A model generated the notes under the pieces. It worked only from the letters and a program-made list of their open reading frames with translations. It had not been told where the DNA came from and made no database searches. Of a stretch of 64,000 bases of DNA, positions 30,299 to 39,607 are shown in pieces; position 1 is the first letter of the stretch, and the number at the start of each line of letters is the position of its first letter. The stretch comes from an uncultured delta proteobacterium (GTDB lineage: Bacteria > Desulfobacterota > Binatia > UBA9968), in contig CAVYDL010000006.1 in the NCBI GenBank assembly GCA_963767275.1, forward strand, positions 941,867 through 1,005,866, read 5' to 3'. Both the position numbers and the translations under genes were made by a program.

Positions 30299-30575
30299 TG
30301 AAATGGACTAGATCTCACCTTGTCGGAATGCTCCTCGCGCTTTCGTCTCATATACCCGAGAGGAAGGCAAGCGGATACTGCCAGCGTATTGGGTATGACC
30401 ATAGAGCGAGATCGCTACGCCTTCATCGGGCATTAGCGTTGGAAATACGGACGTTGGAAACTACGGATTGGCCGGTAAACGACGAGAAATAACAACAAAG
30501 ATCTCCAGCGCTGGAGATCCAGTAAAGCAAAATTAGCAAAGTCTAGGAAAAGAAGTCAGAGGGAGAAGACTGTTC

Positions 30576-31553
30576 ATGAATATCCTTAAACGAATACTGC
30601 CTCAGCGTGTGTCCGAGACGGCGGCCCAGGCCGTTCAATCTGCTCCTCAATCCACAAGCGCTGCCCAGAAGGATCGGGTCGAGGCTGCACGACCTTCACC
30701 GCAGGCAACCAACAACTACATCATCGTGGTGCTCGATAGCTGTCGCTACGATAGCTTCATGGCCGCGGCGCCTCCCACCTTGAGCCGGCTCGGTCCCATC
30801 GAGCGCCGCTGGAGCTATGCGTCGTGGACCGCTCCCTCGCATTATAACCTGCTGATGGGGTTGCTCCCCCACTCCAGCCCGCCCCATGTCTACGCGTCGG
30901 AGTACTACAAACACGACTTCCTCAAATATCGAGAACGCCTGGGCGCCGAGCAGGTAGAGTTTAAGAGCCTGGTGCCGCACCTCTTCTTGCCCACGTTACT
31001 CAAACAAAAGCTGGGCTATCAGACTCACGCGCTGGTGTCGCTGCCGGTGCTCAATCCCGCGACCCTTATCAACAAAGACTTCGATCGCTTTATTTTAATG
31101 CCCAAGCACAACGACATGGCGGCGATGATCGATCGCATGACATTCTCCCCCGACCGGCCGTCTTTTTACCTGTTGAACGTAGGCGAGACGCACTACCCTT
31201 ATGCGTTGCCGGATGAGCCCGAGGACTGCTGGCCGAAAATTCACGGAGTGCACGGCGTTTTTAAACACTTGGATGACCTGGTGGTGGGAGGAAAGCTGAT
31301 CGAGGACGAAGGAGCACAGGACAAGTTCTTCGACCAGGACAAACTCGACGACCTGCGTGAGCGTCAGATTGGGACCGTGCGTTACCTCGATGGGATCTTC
31401 GCCCGCCTTTTTGACGTGGTGCCGCCCAACACCTATATCACGGTGACCGCCGATCATGGTGAGTTGTTTGGCGAGGAAGGGTACTTTGGCCACGGGCCCA
31501 TTTACCATGAGAAGGCCTACGAGGTGCCCTTCGTCGAGGGTAAAATCCGCTAG
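30576..31553 (+). CDS. Sulfatase-like alkaline-phosphatase-fold protein, copy 2 (325 aa). It has the same Thr/His active-site variant as copy 1.
   Basis: 'YIIVVLDSCRYDSF...ASWTAPSHYNLLMG' and 'TVTADHGELFGEEGYFGHG'. Confidence 0.65.
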   Translation: MNILKRILPQRVSETAAQAVQSAPQSTSAAQKDRVEAARPSPQATNNYIIVVLDSCRYDSFMAAAPPTLSRLGPIERRWSYASWTAPSHYNLLMGLLPHSSPPHVYASEYYKHDFLKYRERLGAEQVEFKSLVPHLFLPTLLKQKLGYQTHALVSLPVLNPATLINKDFDRFILMPKHNDMAAMIDRMTFSPDRPSFYLLNVGETHYPYALPDEPEDCWPKIHGVHGVFKHLDDLVVGGKLIEDEGAQDKFFDQDKLDDLRERQIGTVRYLDGIFARLFDVVPPNTYITVTADHGELFGEEGYFGHGPIYHEKAYEVPFVEGKIR

Positions 31554-31755
31554 GAAGAATTCTTTTGCGTGAGTACTTGCGGTTGCAATCAACTTTGACC
31601 CGCTGACTCGACAGAAGATGCCTGAAATTACTTCAAAGAGTGAGGGCGCGAATAGGTATTGCAGAAAAAATTGATGGGTCGTGAGAGTAGGATTATTTCT
31701 ACCACACATAGTAGAAAAATCACGGGGCCAAAAAAAGCACAGGGAGGATAAGACT

Positions 31756-32819
31756 ATGAACAAGGGAGTCAGCCAAACCGGAGGAGGATCAAAGGTGAAA
31801 ACGAGACAGATGACCCTGTATGTATTTCTTAGCGGCGCAATCTTACTCGCGACAGCGCCGCTTGCTTGGGCGGACATTTGCGGCGGTGCTGGAACCGCGA
31901 AAATCCCCTGTAAGTGCGGCGATACGGTGACTGCGAGTACTACATTGGACCCCATCGTGGACCCCGTCGTGTCCACAAACGACGATGATTTCTGCTCTGA
32001 CGATGGGCTTATTGTTAGTACCACCAACGTCAACCTGAATCTTGGCGGTCAAATAATCCGGGGTTCGGGCCTTGGTTTCGGTTTGGTGTGGGCATTAGAA
32101 TTCTCGGCGTTAATGTTGACAGGGTCCAAGTTAGGAACGGTGGAATTAAGGCCTTCGAGACAGGAATCGCTACCCCTGTCGGCAATAGTTCCAATAGATC
32201 CACGATTCGAAAGGTCGCGGTCAGCGATAACTTACTTTTGGGGATAGACTTGGTGGGCAATACCAACACGCTGGACACCGTCGACTCACTAACAAACGGC
32301 GACACCGGGATAAGGGTCCAGGGCAATGGCACCACAATGCTGATCATCCGATCGAGTCAGAACGGCAACCACGGAATAGAAGTGATTGGCGATGGGACGG
32401 TGCTCCGCTCAGGTCAAGTTAACAGAAATGTCGGAAATGGGATTCAAGTGACGGGTAATGGCAGCCTTTTGGATAAGAATCTGGCAACGAAAAATTTCGA
32501 TGGGATAGTGATAGCCGGTAACGGTGACGGAAACTCGGCCACCCTTGAGTTATTGAAGAACAAAGCTGCGGAAAATGATCGGAATGGAATTATCGTGACC
32601 GGCAATAACCATGTCCTCCAGGAAAACCAGGCACCTCTGAACGGCGAGGATGGCATTGCGGTTAACGGCACGGGAAACCGTCTAAGCACGAACAAGGCTA
32701 ACGACAATGGCGATGACGGGCTCCTCGTCACGGGTGGCGGTAATATCAACGGTGGTGGAAATTTCGGAAAGAGTAACGATGGCGTGATCCAATGTCAAAT
32801 CGACGGGTTAAACTGTTAG
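31756..32819 (+). CDS. Secreted Cys-motif parallel beta-helix protein, copy 4. It is frameshifted near 32071-32090 in a GGTTT-repeat context.
   Basis: GGGAGG RBS. 'MTLYVFLSGAILLATAPLAWADICGGAGTAKIPCKCGDTVTAS' is followed by beta-helix rungs in the second frame (32088-32819) and ends 'VIQCQIDGLNC'. Confidence 0.7.
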
Positions 32820-32940
32820 CTGATAGATAAGAAATGAGCTCAGTTCTCCGCCCCGACCCGCAAACTGATCCTTGTCAATTCACTTCGTAGGTCTTTAGCT
32901 AATCTTTGCGGGTTGTCTTTCCAGTCATAGAGGTCCGTTA

Positions 32941-34305
32941 ATGTCCAGCGATGAGATGGGTTCACTGGTGCTGGCGCTCGGGATACTGATCGCGTTCGCC
33001 CACGTGCTTGGTTACCTTTTCGAGCGCCTGCGCCAGCCCCGCCTAGTCGGCGAGATCCTGGCGGGCGTTCTGTTGGGTCCATTCGTACTGGGTTATTTTG
33101 CCCCATCGCTATCGACAACTATTTTCGGCGACCTTGCGCTCGGTACGGGTAAAACCGAAGTTGTTTTGAATTTCATTTATTGGATCGGTTTGTTCTTGTT
33201 GATGTTCATTTCCGGAAGCGAGACCCGCCGCCTGATGGCAAGGGAGAATCAGCGTGAGACGGCATGGCTCCTCGGGATTGGCAAGGCAGTGCCTCTCTTA
33301 TTGGTTCTTGGGTTAGGTTTTGCTTCGTTGCTTCCTCTGAATGCGATAGTGGCAGACTCGCGTCACACCACGTCCGCGCTGCTGGTGCTGGCTATCGCGG
33401 TGGTGGTGACCTCGATCCCGGTTATCTCTCGGATTTTCTACGACCTGAAAATTCTTCATACGCGTTTCGCCAGTCTTATCCTCGGTTTTGCGGTTGTTGA
33501 AGATATCGTTCTTTGGGGGATGCTGGGGATAGCGACCAACCGTCCTAAGGGCGCGTCACCGGCGAACGGCTATGTAATTAACGATATCGCTGCAGAAATA
33601 GTTGTGACTCTAGTATTCCTGACAGTCGGCCTAGTAATAGCTCCACGGGTGCTCAAGTTTGTGCATAGCGCGCGTTGGAATATCTTGGTGAGAGCATCTT
33701 CTGTAGGCTATTTGTTTGTCATCCTCTTTTCCTACGCTGCCTTGGCTTCCCTGTTTGGCGTCAACCTAGTATTTGCTTCTTTTTTAGCTGGATTTGCTAT
33801 CGTCAATGGCGCTAGTGGCGCTGAAAGAGCGCGCTTTTCTGAATCGCTTGACTCTATCGGAAAAGTCGCGTTCGCCGTATTTATTCCAATCTACTTTGCG
33901 ATCGTCGGCTACAAACTCGTACTAGGCAGAGGTTTTTCGCTTACGATGGTGGTGTTTTTTTTGATCGGTTCGTCTTTGATTTCCATGCTCTCAACTGGTT
34001 TTGCCGCCAAGCTGGCCGGATTTCGTAGGCTAGACATTATGAATCTGGCCATCACCACCAATGCCCGCGGCGGCCCGGGCATAATCCTAGCGAGCGTGGC
34101 ATTCGATGCGGGCATCATCAATGCGCAGTTTTACACGACCCTGGTTTTAACGGCGGTGCTGACGTCGCAGGCAGCAGGAGCATGGCTGCGCTTCGTGCTG
34201 GGTAGAGGATGGCCGCTGCTGTCGACCAACCCAACGGAAATCTGGTCGGGTGCAGACGTCGAACAACCAGCGGAGTTGGAACCAGCACATAAGACTCTAG
34301 CGTGA
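32941..34305 (+). CDS. Cation:proton antiporter (CPA2/Kef-type Na+/H+ exchanger family)
   Basis: 'LGYLFERLRQPRLVGEILAGVLLGP' is the Na_H_Exchanger N-terminal signature. The protein has ~12 TM segments. Confidence 0.8.
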   Translation: MSSDEMGSLVLALGILIAFAHVLGYLFERLRQPRLVGEILAGVLLGPFVLGYFAPSLSTTIFGDLALGTGKTEVVLNFIYWIGLFLLMFISGSETRRLMARENQRETAWLLGIGKAVPLLLVLGLGFASLLPLNAIVADSRHTTSALLVLAIAVVVTSIPVISRIFYDLKILHTRFASLILGFAVVEDIVLWGMLGIATNRPKGASPANGYVINDIAAEIVVTLVFLTVGLVIAPRVLKFVHSARWNILVRASSVGYLFVILFSYAALASLFGVNLVFASFLAGFAIVNGASGAERARFSESLDSIGKVAFAVFIPIYFAIVGYKLVLGRGFSLTMVVFFLIGSSLISMLSTGFAAKLAGFRRLDIMNLAITTNARGGPGIILASVAFDAGIINAQFYTTLVLTAVLTSQAAGAWLRFVLGRGWPLLSTNPTEIWSGADVEQPAELEPAHKTLA

Positions 34306-34449
34306 TCGCGCCGATCTCAAACCCGTAGTCCCGCTTAAGGCTGAGATAGTGATTATGATTAGTGGTAACAGACCATGAGTTTTCCGCTTTCTAGGGCATT
34401 CACACATCGAGCTGAACTTCAGGTTGTCTTTAAAAGGAGGAAAAAAACA

Positions 34450-35649
34450 ATGCAACGAACGTCATTCTCCACATGCTTCGCTGTCGCGGCGGCGTTTATC
34501 GGGCTGCTGTTCGGTACACCATTACACGCACGCGCCGATTCCTTTAACTTCGAGAAAATCGCCGATTTTAACACTGTCATTACCGGTGGGAAGAAGACTC
34601 TTACCGGCCTTCACGATCCTTCTATCAATGATCAGGGGCAAGTGCTGTTCAGGGCAAGAGGTAAGTCCGGTCAGCGCGGCGTTTATGTCTACCAGGGCGG
34701 TATTCTTTCGGTAGTGGCAGACGCCAATACTGTTCTCCCCGGTGAGGCAGGGGTTTTAACGGGCGTTCACGATCTAGCGATGAATGACAGCGGCGAAGTA
34801 GTGTTTGAGGCAACAGGCAGTTCCGGCCAGCAGGGCATTTACTTCAAAGCGGGCGGAAGTCTCGCGGTTGTGGCAGACCGCAAAACGTCCATTCCCGGTG
34901 GAAGCGGAAATTTCACCAATCTCAGCGCTCCTTTTATCAGTAAACAGGGGGAGGTTCTTTTTAAGGGAGACGGCGAGAACGATCAGCACGGTATCTACAG
35001 CTATAGAGGAGGCATACTGGCTATTGTCGCCGACACTAAAACTGCTATTCCTGCGGGAAAAAAATTCTTCGTTAATTTCCGTCATCTTTCGATAAATAGG
35101 GCGGGACAGGTGGTGTTTAACGGCAAGGGCCACTCTGAGCAGCGCGGCATTTATATCCACATGGGCGACCGTCTAGTGGTTGTAGCGGACCGCAACACGC
35201 CTCTTCCTGATGGAAGTAAAACTTTTAAAGCGTTCCGCAAAGCTTCCATTGACGCTGAGGCGGAGGTCGCGTTTAAGGCAAAAGGGAAATCCGATCAGCG
35301 CGGTATTTATACCGACATCGGAGGTAATCTCGCTGTCGTGGCGGACCACAATACGGCAATTCCGGGCGGAGCGGGAAATTTTAATTTATTCGGGATCCCT
35401 TCTATCGATAGCGGGCACGTGGCCTTTACAGCCAACGGCGATAACCAAGGAGGTCTATACACGACCCTCGGCGGATCGCTTACGAAGGTCCTCGCATTGG
35501 GCGATCCGCTTGCTGGAAAGACAGTGACGGAAATAATTTTTCGACCGGACGGCCTTAAAGGTAACAACGTCATCTTCAAAGTCATCTTCGACGATTCTTC
35601 GAGAGGCATCTACCGCGCCGTTCTGGCTACCTCAGCTTCGAGTTCCTGA
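34450..35649 (+). CDS. Secreted repeat protein with ~7 x 48-aa repeats, probably a 7-bladed beta-propeller
   Basis: AAGGAGG RBS. Signal peptide 'MQRTSFSTCFAVAAAFIGLLFGTPLHARA'. The repeating unit is 'G..G.Q.GIY...GG.L..VAD..T.IPGG.G.F..F..P.I...G.V.F.A.G' (e.g. QRGVYVYQGGILSVVADANTVLPGEAG / QQGIYFKAGGSLAVVADRKTSIPGGSG). Confidence 0.6.
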   Translation: MQRTSFSTCFAVAAAFIGLLFGTPLHARADSFNFEKIADFNTVITGGKKTLTGLHDPSINDQGQVLFRARGKSGQRGVYVYQGGILSVVADANTVLPGEAGVLTGVHDLAMNDSGEVVFEATGSSGQQGIYFKAGGSLAVVADRKTSIPGGSGNFTNLSAPFISKQGEVLFKGDGENDQHGIYSYRGGILAIVADTKTAIPAGKKFFVNFRHLSINRAGQVVFNGKGHSEQRGIYIHMGDRLVVVADRNTPLPDGSKTFKAFRKASIDAEAEVAFKAKGKSDQRGIYTDIGGNLAVVADHNTAIPGGAGNFNLFGIPSIDSGHVAFTANGDNQGGLYTTLGGSLTKVLALGDPLAGKTVTEIIFRPDGLKGNNVIFKVIFDDSSRGIYRAVLATSASSS

Positions 35650-35679
35650 ACCGTCAATTTTTTGTGCTCTTTTTCCTAG

Positions 35680-36930
35680 ATGATCATGGACCTTCATTCG
35701 CCTCGCGTGACTCTTGCTGCCTATACCCATTTCGGGGCTAGAGGGCTCAAGGGCGTTGGTATGTATCACATTGTCAAAGAAGCGTGGAGGAGAGGATGGG
35801 TAGAGAAAGTCATTGCAGTGTCGAAGAGCCGTTGCCAATATGACTTCGATCTTCGCCTGGTGGATACACTTCCCGGTGGATCACGCCTGATCCATGGCCT
35901 CGGCCAGGTTCAAGAAAAGCTATGGCGGGGGTTTCCGTCCCGCTGGCTGAATGAGGCGATCTTCGATCAGTATGCTGCGTCCCGGCTGAGAGGCTCAGGC
36001 GGGATATTTATTGCGACTCCGGGTCTGGTTCGGACTGCGCGCAAAGCCAAGAATCTTGGCTATACGACTTTCCTGTACGGCGGCCATTCTGACCCTGCAT
36101 TTCTGTTGCAACAAATACAGATCGAGCGGAGCGCCTTCGGTCTCAACACCACAAATCAAAACAAAGGCCGCTCTTGGGAAATGGCACGCTTCGCGGCGCA
36201 CATCGATACCTCGGATTACATCCTTGCAATTTCGGAGTTTGCCGCCAACACCTACGTGCAGCAGGGCTTCCCACCGGAAAGAATCTTTATTGTCCCGCTC
36301 GGGGTGGATCTGGCCAAATTCTCCGCCACGCCGCCGCCTTCCGGTAACGACTTCACGTATCTGTTCATGGCTCATGCGAGCGGCAGTACGGGAATCTTAA
36401 AGGGCCTTCCATACCTTTTACAGGCATGGGATGAGCTGAGCCTGCAGCACGCTCGGCTGCTAATATGTGGGCATATCGGCCAGGAGGTTCAAGACTTGGT
36501 TGCCAAATATAGAACCAGATTCACCAATGTGGAGTTTACAGGTAGCGTCAGTGATCCCGTGAAGTACTATCAAAGAGCATCCGTCTTTGTCTTTCCCTCA
36601 CTTGCAGAGGGATTCGGGAAAGTCGTTCTTGAAGCCATGGCCAGCGGCCGCCCTGTTATCACTACCGCTATTCCAAAACCGGTCGTTCGGGATGGCATCG
36701 ACGGGTTTTATATCTCCCCTCGCGACGTACCGGATTTGAAAGAAAAGATGCTTTACTTTTACAATCGTCCGGAAGAAGTTGGCCGAATGGGGATGCACGC
36801 GAGCGAGCAAGCCCGCAGGTTCAGTTGGGACAGATTCAGCCTACAGGTGGCCGACATAGTGGCGCGGGCGGCTGCGGAAAGGCCACCTGCGAGTTCCAAT
36901 TTTTCGGTCCAGCCGGCTGAGGGACAGTAA
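35680..36930 (+). CDS. GT4 family glycosyltransferase (paralog of 7762-8976)
   Basis: 'AAYTHFGARGLKGVGMYHIVKEAWRRGWVEKVIAVSK' and 'EGFGKVVLEAMASGRPVITTAIPKPVVRDGIDGFYISP'. Confidence 0.85.
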   Translation: MIMDLHSPRVTLAAYTHFGARGLKGVGMYHIVKEAWRRGWVEKVIAVSKSRCQYDFDLRLVDTLPGGSRLIHGLGQVQEKLWRGFPSRWLNEAIFDQYAASRLRGSGGIFIATPGLVRTARKAKNLGYTTFLYGGHSDPAFLLQQIQIERSAFGLNTTNQNKGRSWEMARFAAHIDTSDYILAISEFAANTYVQQGFPPERIFIVPLGVDLAKFSATPPPSGNDFTYLFMAHASGSTGILKGLPYLLQAWDELSLQHARLLICGHIGQEVQDLVAKYRTRFTNVEFTGSVSDPVKYYQRASVFVFPSLAEGFGKVVLEAMASGRPVITTAIPKPVVRDGIDGFYISPRDVPDLKEKMLYFYNRPEEVGRMGMHASEQARRFSWDRFSLQVADIVARAAAERPPASSNFSVQPAEGQ

Positions 36931-37118
36931 TCGCCGTGGGTTCGCTGGCTAGCAATCTCTGGGGTGCTATTGGATTTTCTGATGAGGGGTAAGAGGATAA
37001 GCAGTAATCCGCGAACGTTCGAAATCTTGCCAGGCCTGCACCCCCTTGATATTTGGATTACGTTCGCGCGCGATACTTACTGTTACGAATTCAGGTTTTC
37101 CTGGGAAGGCAAAACCAT

Positions 37119-38006
37119 ATGAAGAATGCGAGCTATATTGCCGTTGTTCTCGTCATACTGCTGGCGGCACCAGCATCACCCAATACCGACGCTGTAAACC
37201 CTTTGGTTAAATTTTTCGAGGGACGTTTAAGCATCCGTGCTGTGAATATCCCTCTCAAGGAATTGGTCCAGGAAATTCGCAAGAAAAGCGGCATAGTTGT
37301 CGAGCTAAGAGATGCCAAAGCTGCGGAGAAGCGGATTACCGTCGATCTTGTCAATATCTCACCCGCACTCGCACTTGAAGAGATTCTCAGAGGCTTCAGT
37401 TTTGCCTTGCTCTATAATAATAAGGCCCATATTTCCGAAGCTGTGGTCTTGGCGCCCGTAGTTCCTCCCCCGCAGGTCGCTCAATCCAAGCCCCCGCCAC
37501 CCCGGCCGTCGCAGCCTGTGAGACAACCTTCAGTCCCTAGGCCGGATTTTGAAGCGCTTCTACAGCGTAACCGGGACGAAGGCATGCAAGCTATTTCGCT
37601 AGCTCTGAAGGGGAGTAACCGGAGAGATAAGCTTGAGGCTGTGGATGCTCTTGAGAGCTTCGGATCCGCCGACGATCCGGAAATCATTCGGCTTCTGGGA
37701 GAAGCGCTGGCCGATTCCGACAAGGCGGTAAAAAAATCCGCGCTTGAGGCTTTGGCGGATAAAGAAGGAGCGGCTGTGATTCCCCTTCTCGCCGGTGGAC
37801 TAAAAGATCCAGACCCTTCAATCCGTATAGACGCTCTAGATGCTCTAAGCGAAAAGGGGGAATTCCAGCTAGTGAGAAACGCGCTCTCGGATTCAGACAA
37901 AGAGGTCAGAGAAAAAGCGCAGGAGCTTTTAGAGACCGAACGCAAAACCTCTGAAACTAAAGCCAATAGCGCACGGAATACTATTCGGCCCGGCTTGCAG
38001 CGTTAA
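37119..38006 (+). CDS. Secreted protein with an STN-like N-domain, a Pro-rich linker and PBS-lyase/HEAT-like repeats
   Basis: Signal peptide 'MKNASYIAVVLVILLAAPASP'. 'LSIRAVNIPLKELVQEIRKKSGIVVEL' is STN-like. 'PPPQVAQSKPPPPRPSQPVRQPSVPRP' is the linker. The repeats are 'DPEIIRLLGEALADSDKAVKKSALEALAD / LKDPDPSIRIDALDALSE'. Confidence 0.55.
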   Translation: MKNASYIAVVLVILLAAPASPNTDAVNPLVKFFEGRLSIRAVNIPLKELVQEIRKKSGIVVELRDAKAAEKRITVDLVNISPALALEEILRGFSFALLYNNKAHISEAVVLAPVVPPPQVAQSKPPPPRPSQPVRQPSVPRPDFEALLQRNRDEGMQAISLALKGSNRRDKLEAVDALESFGSADDPEIIRLLGEALADSDKAVKKSALEALADKEGAAVIPLLAGGLKDPDPSIRIDALDALSEKGEFQLVRNALSDSDKEVREKAQELLETERKTSETKANSARNTIRPGLQR

Positions 38007-38158
38007 CGAAGATTTTATCCTTAAGAAAGAAGATCGAGAGGCAACTCGCAAACTGTGCCGCTAGAGTTTATACCTTTCTTTGCGTTACTCTTGGCTCACT
38101 TGAGAATTCGACCCTGCCGTGAGAATTCGTCGGACCCATCGGGATCATACGACGGACA

Positions 38159-39052
38159 ATGAGATCGCCTGATTTTTTTATCGTTGGAGCGCCGAAATGT
38201 GGCACCACCGCGATGAATTTTTATCTCAAACAACATCCCGACATCTTCATGTCTGAGAAAGAAATTCATTTTTTCGGTGAGGATTTGCGCTTCACGGTCC
38301 CCAGGGTGACGAGACAACAATATCTCGCCGCTTTTTCCCTTGCGACAGAGGCTAAAAGAGCTGGGGAGGCCGCGGTGTGGTACTTGTACTCGCGGCAGGC
38401 TGCAGACGAAATAAAAGAATTCTCTCCTGCGGCGCGGATCATTATTATGCTTCGCAACCCCGTCGACGTTATGTATTCGCTCTACCGGCAACGCCTGTAT
38501 AACGGCAACGAAGATATCGAAGATTTCGAAGCGGCATTGGATGCCGAGGAGAGTCGAGAGTTGGGAGAACGCATGCCGCGACGGCCGTCGAATCTCATGG
38601 GGTGCTTTTACCGGGCGAGCGTGAAATTCACGAGTCAAGTCCGGCGCTATTTCGATCGGTTCGATCGGCAGAATGTGCATGTCATCATTTTCGACGATTT
38701 CCAGAAAGATGCAGCTCTGGTCTACAGCCAATGCTGTGATTTCCTCGATGTAGATAATCGTTTTCGGCCAAGCTTCCCCGTCATTAATGCTAGGCAACGT
38801 GCCCGCAGCGAGTTTATACGCGATCTATTGCACGATCCTCCCCAATCCTTTCACTGGCTTGCCAGGGCGTTGATGCTTCGGCGGAACCGCCAGGGGGGAT
38901 ACAAAGGCTGGCTAAAGCGTTTAAATACCACTCACGCCAAAATTCCGCCGATGAAACCGGAGTTGCAGCGGTCACTGAAGAAAGAGTTCCGGCCAGAAGT
39001 GGAAAAGTTAAGCGAGTTGCTCGACCGCGATCTAACCACCTGGTGCAAGTGA
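38159..39052 (+). CDS. Sulfotransferase (subtype B), intact
   Basis: 'RSPDFFIVGAPKCGTTAM' and 'IIIMLRNPVDVMYSLY'. Confidence 0.85.
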   Translation: MRSPDFFIVGAPKCGTTAMNFYLKQHPDIFMSEKEIHFFGEDLRFTVPRVTRQQYLAAFSLATEAKRAGEAAVWYLYSRQAADEIKEFSPAARIIIMLRNPVDVMYSLYRQRLYNGNEDIEDFEAALDAEESRELGERMPRRPSNLMGCFYRASVKFTSQVRRYFDRFDRQNVHVIIFDDFQKDAALVYSQCCDFLDVDNRFRPSFPVINARQRARSEFIRDLLHDPPQSFHWLARALMLRRNRQGGYKGWLKRLNTTHAKIPPMKPELQRSLKKEFRPEVEKLSELLDRDLTTWCK

Positions 39053-39575
39053 TGAGAACTAGCACTGAATCAGGGCCGCTCCCTGGAGCAATATCGCAGA
39101 CCGTTGCCCGCACAGGTACTAACCAGCAATAACACATTAGCCACCTCTACCCTGTGGCGTCTTTCCGTCTTCTTAGTTAAGCTCTCTCGGTATCATTATC
39201 GCTCATTCGTTTTCTTATGCATTTGAAAATTTCGCGAGCCACTTTCTAACACTCACAAAACCACCTCCGTTCTAAGCAATGCTAGTTTTATAAGAGGTTC
39301 CGCCTAAAAATGACCGGACAGCAACATTTTTGAACTTCACGGATGTAATGAATCCCATTCACTTTAACTGTGTTTTCTGTATGAAATTGCAGTCAACCTA
39401 TTGGCAGCGCAGGTATGTGAGGGCGGTGTCGTGATTCTTTTTTCAGCGTGAAATGAGTACGGCTGCATGTCCCAATTTGTGCAAAGGCAGCGGCAGAGGA
39501 CGGCTTTGATAAAATGATTTGGTGCGCTGATCGATTCAGTCCTGGTTTCTCAACGGTTTACACACCAGGCTTGTC

Positions 39576-39591
39576 TGGCACTGCCCTTGCA
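39576..39591 (+). promoter_or_regulatory. Candidate sigma-54 (-24/-12) promoter, TGGCACtgcccTTGCA
   Basis: It matches the consensus TGGCACG-N4-TTGCW at 11 of 12 defined positions, with the GG/GC spacing exact. It sits 17 nt upstream of the 39608 ATG. Confidence 0.4.
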
Positions 39592-39607
39592 CATGGCGTC
39601 GGGAACC

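Noticed and set aside
31095-32033. 312-aa minus-strand ORF spanning the 3' end of sulfatase-like copy 2, the intergenic region and the start of beta-helix copy 4
   Set aside because: It has no recognisable motif. It runs antisense to two well-supported genes and across their intergenic region. It is a typical long shadow ORF of high-GC DNA.
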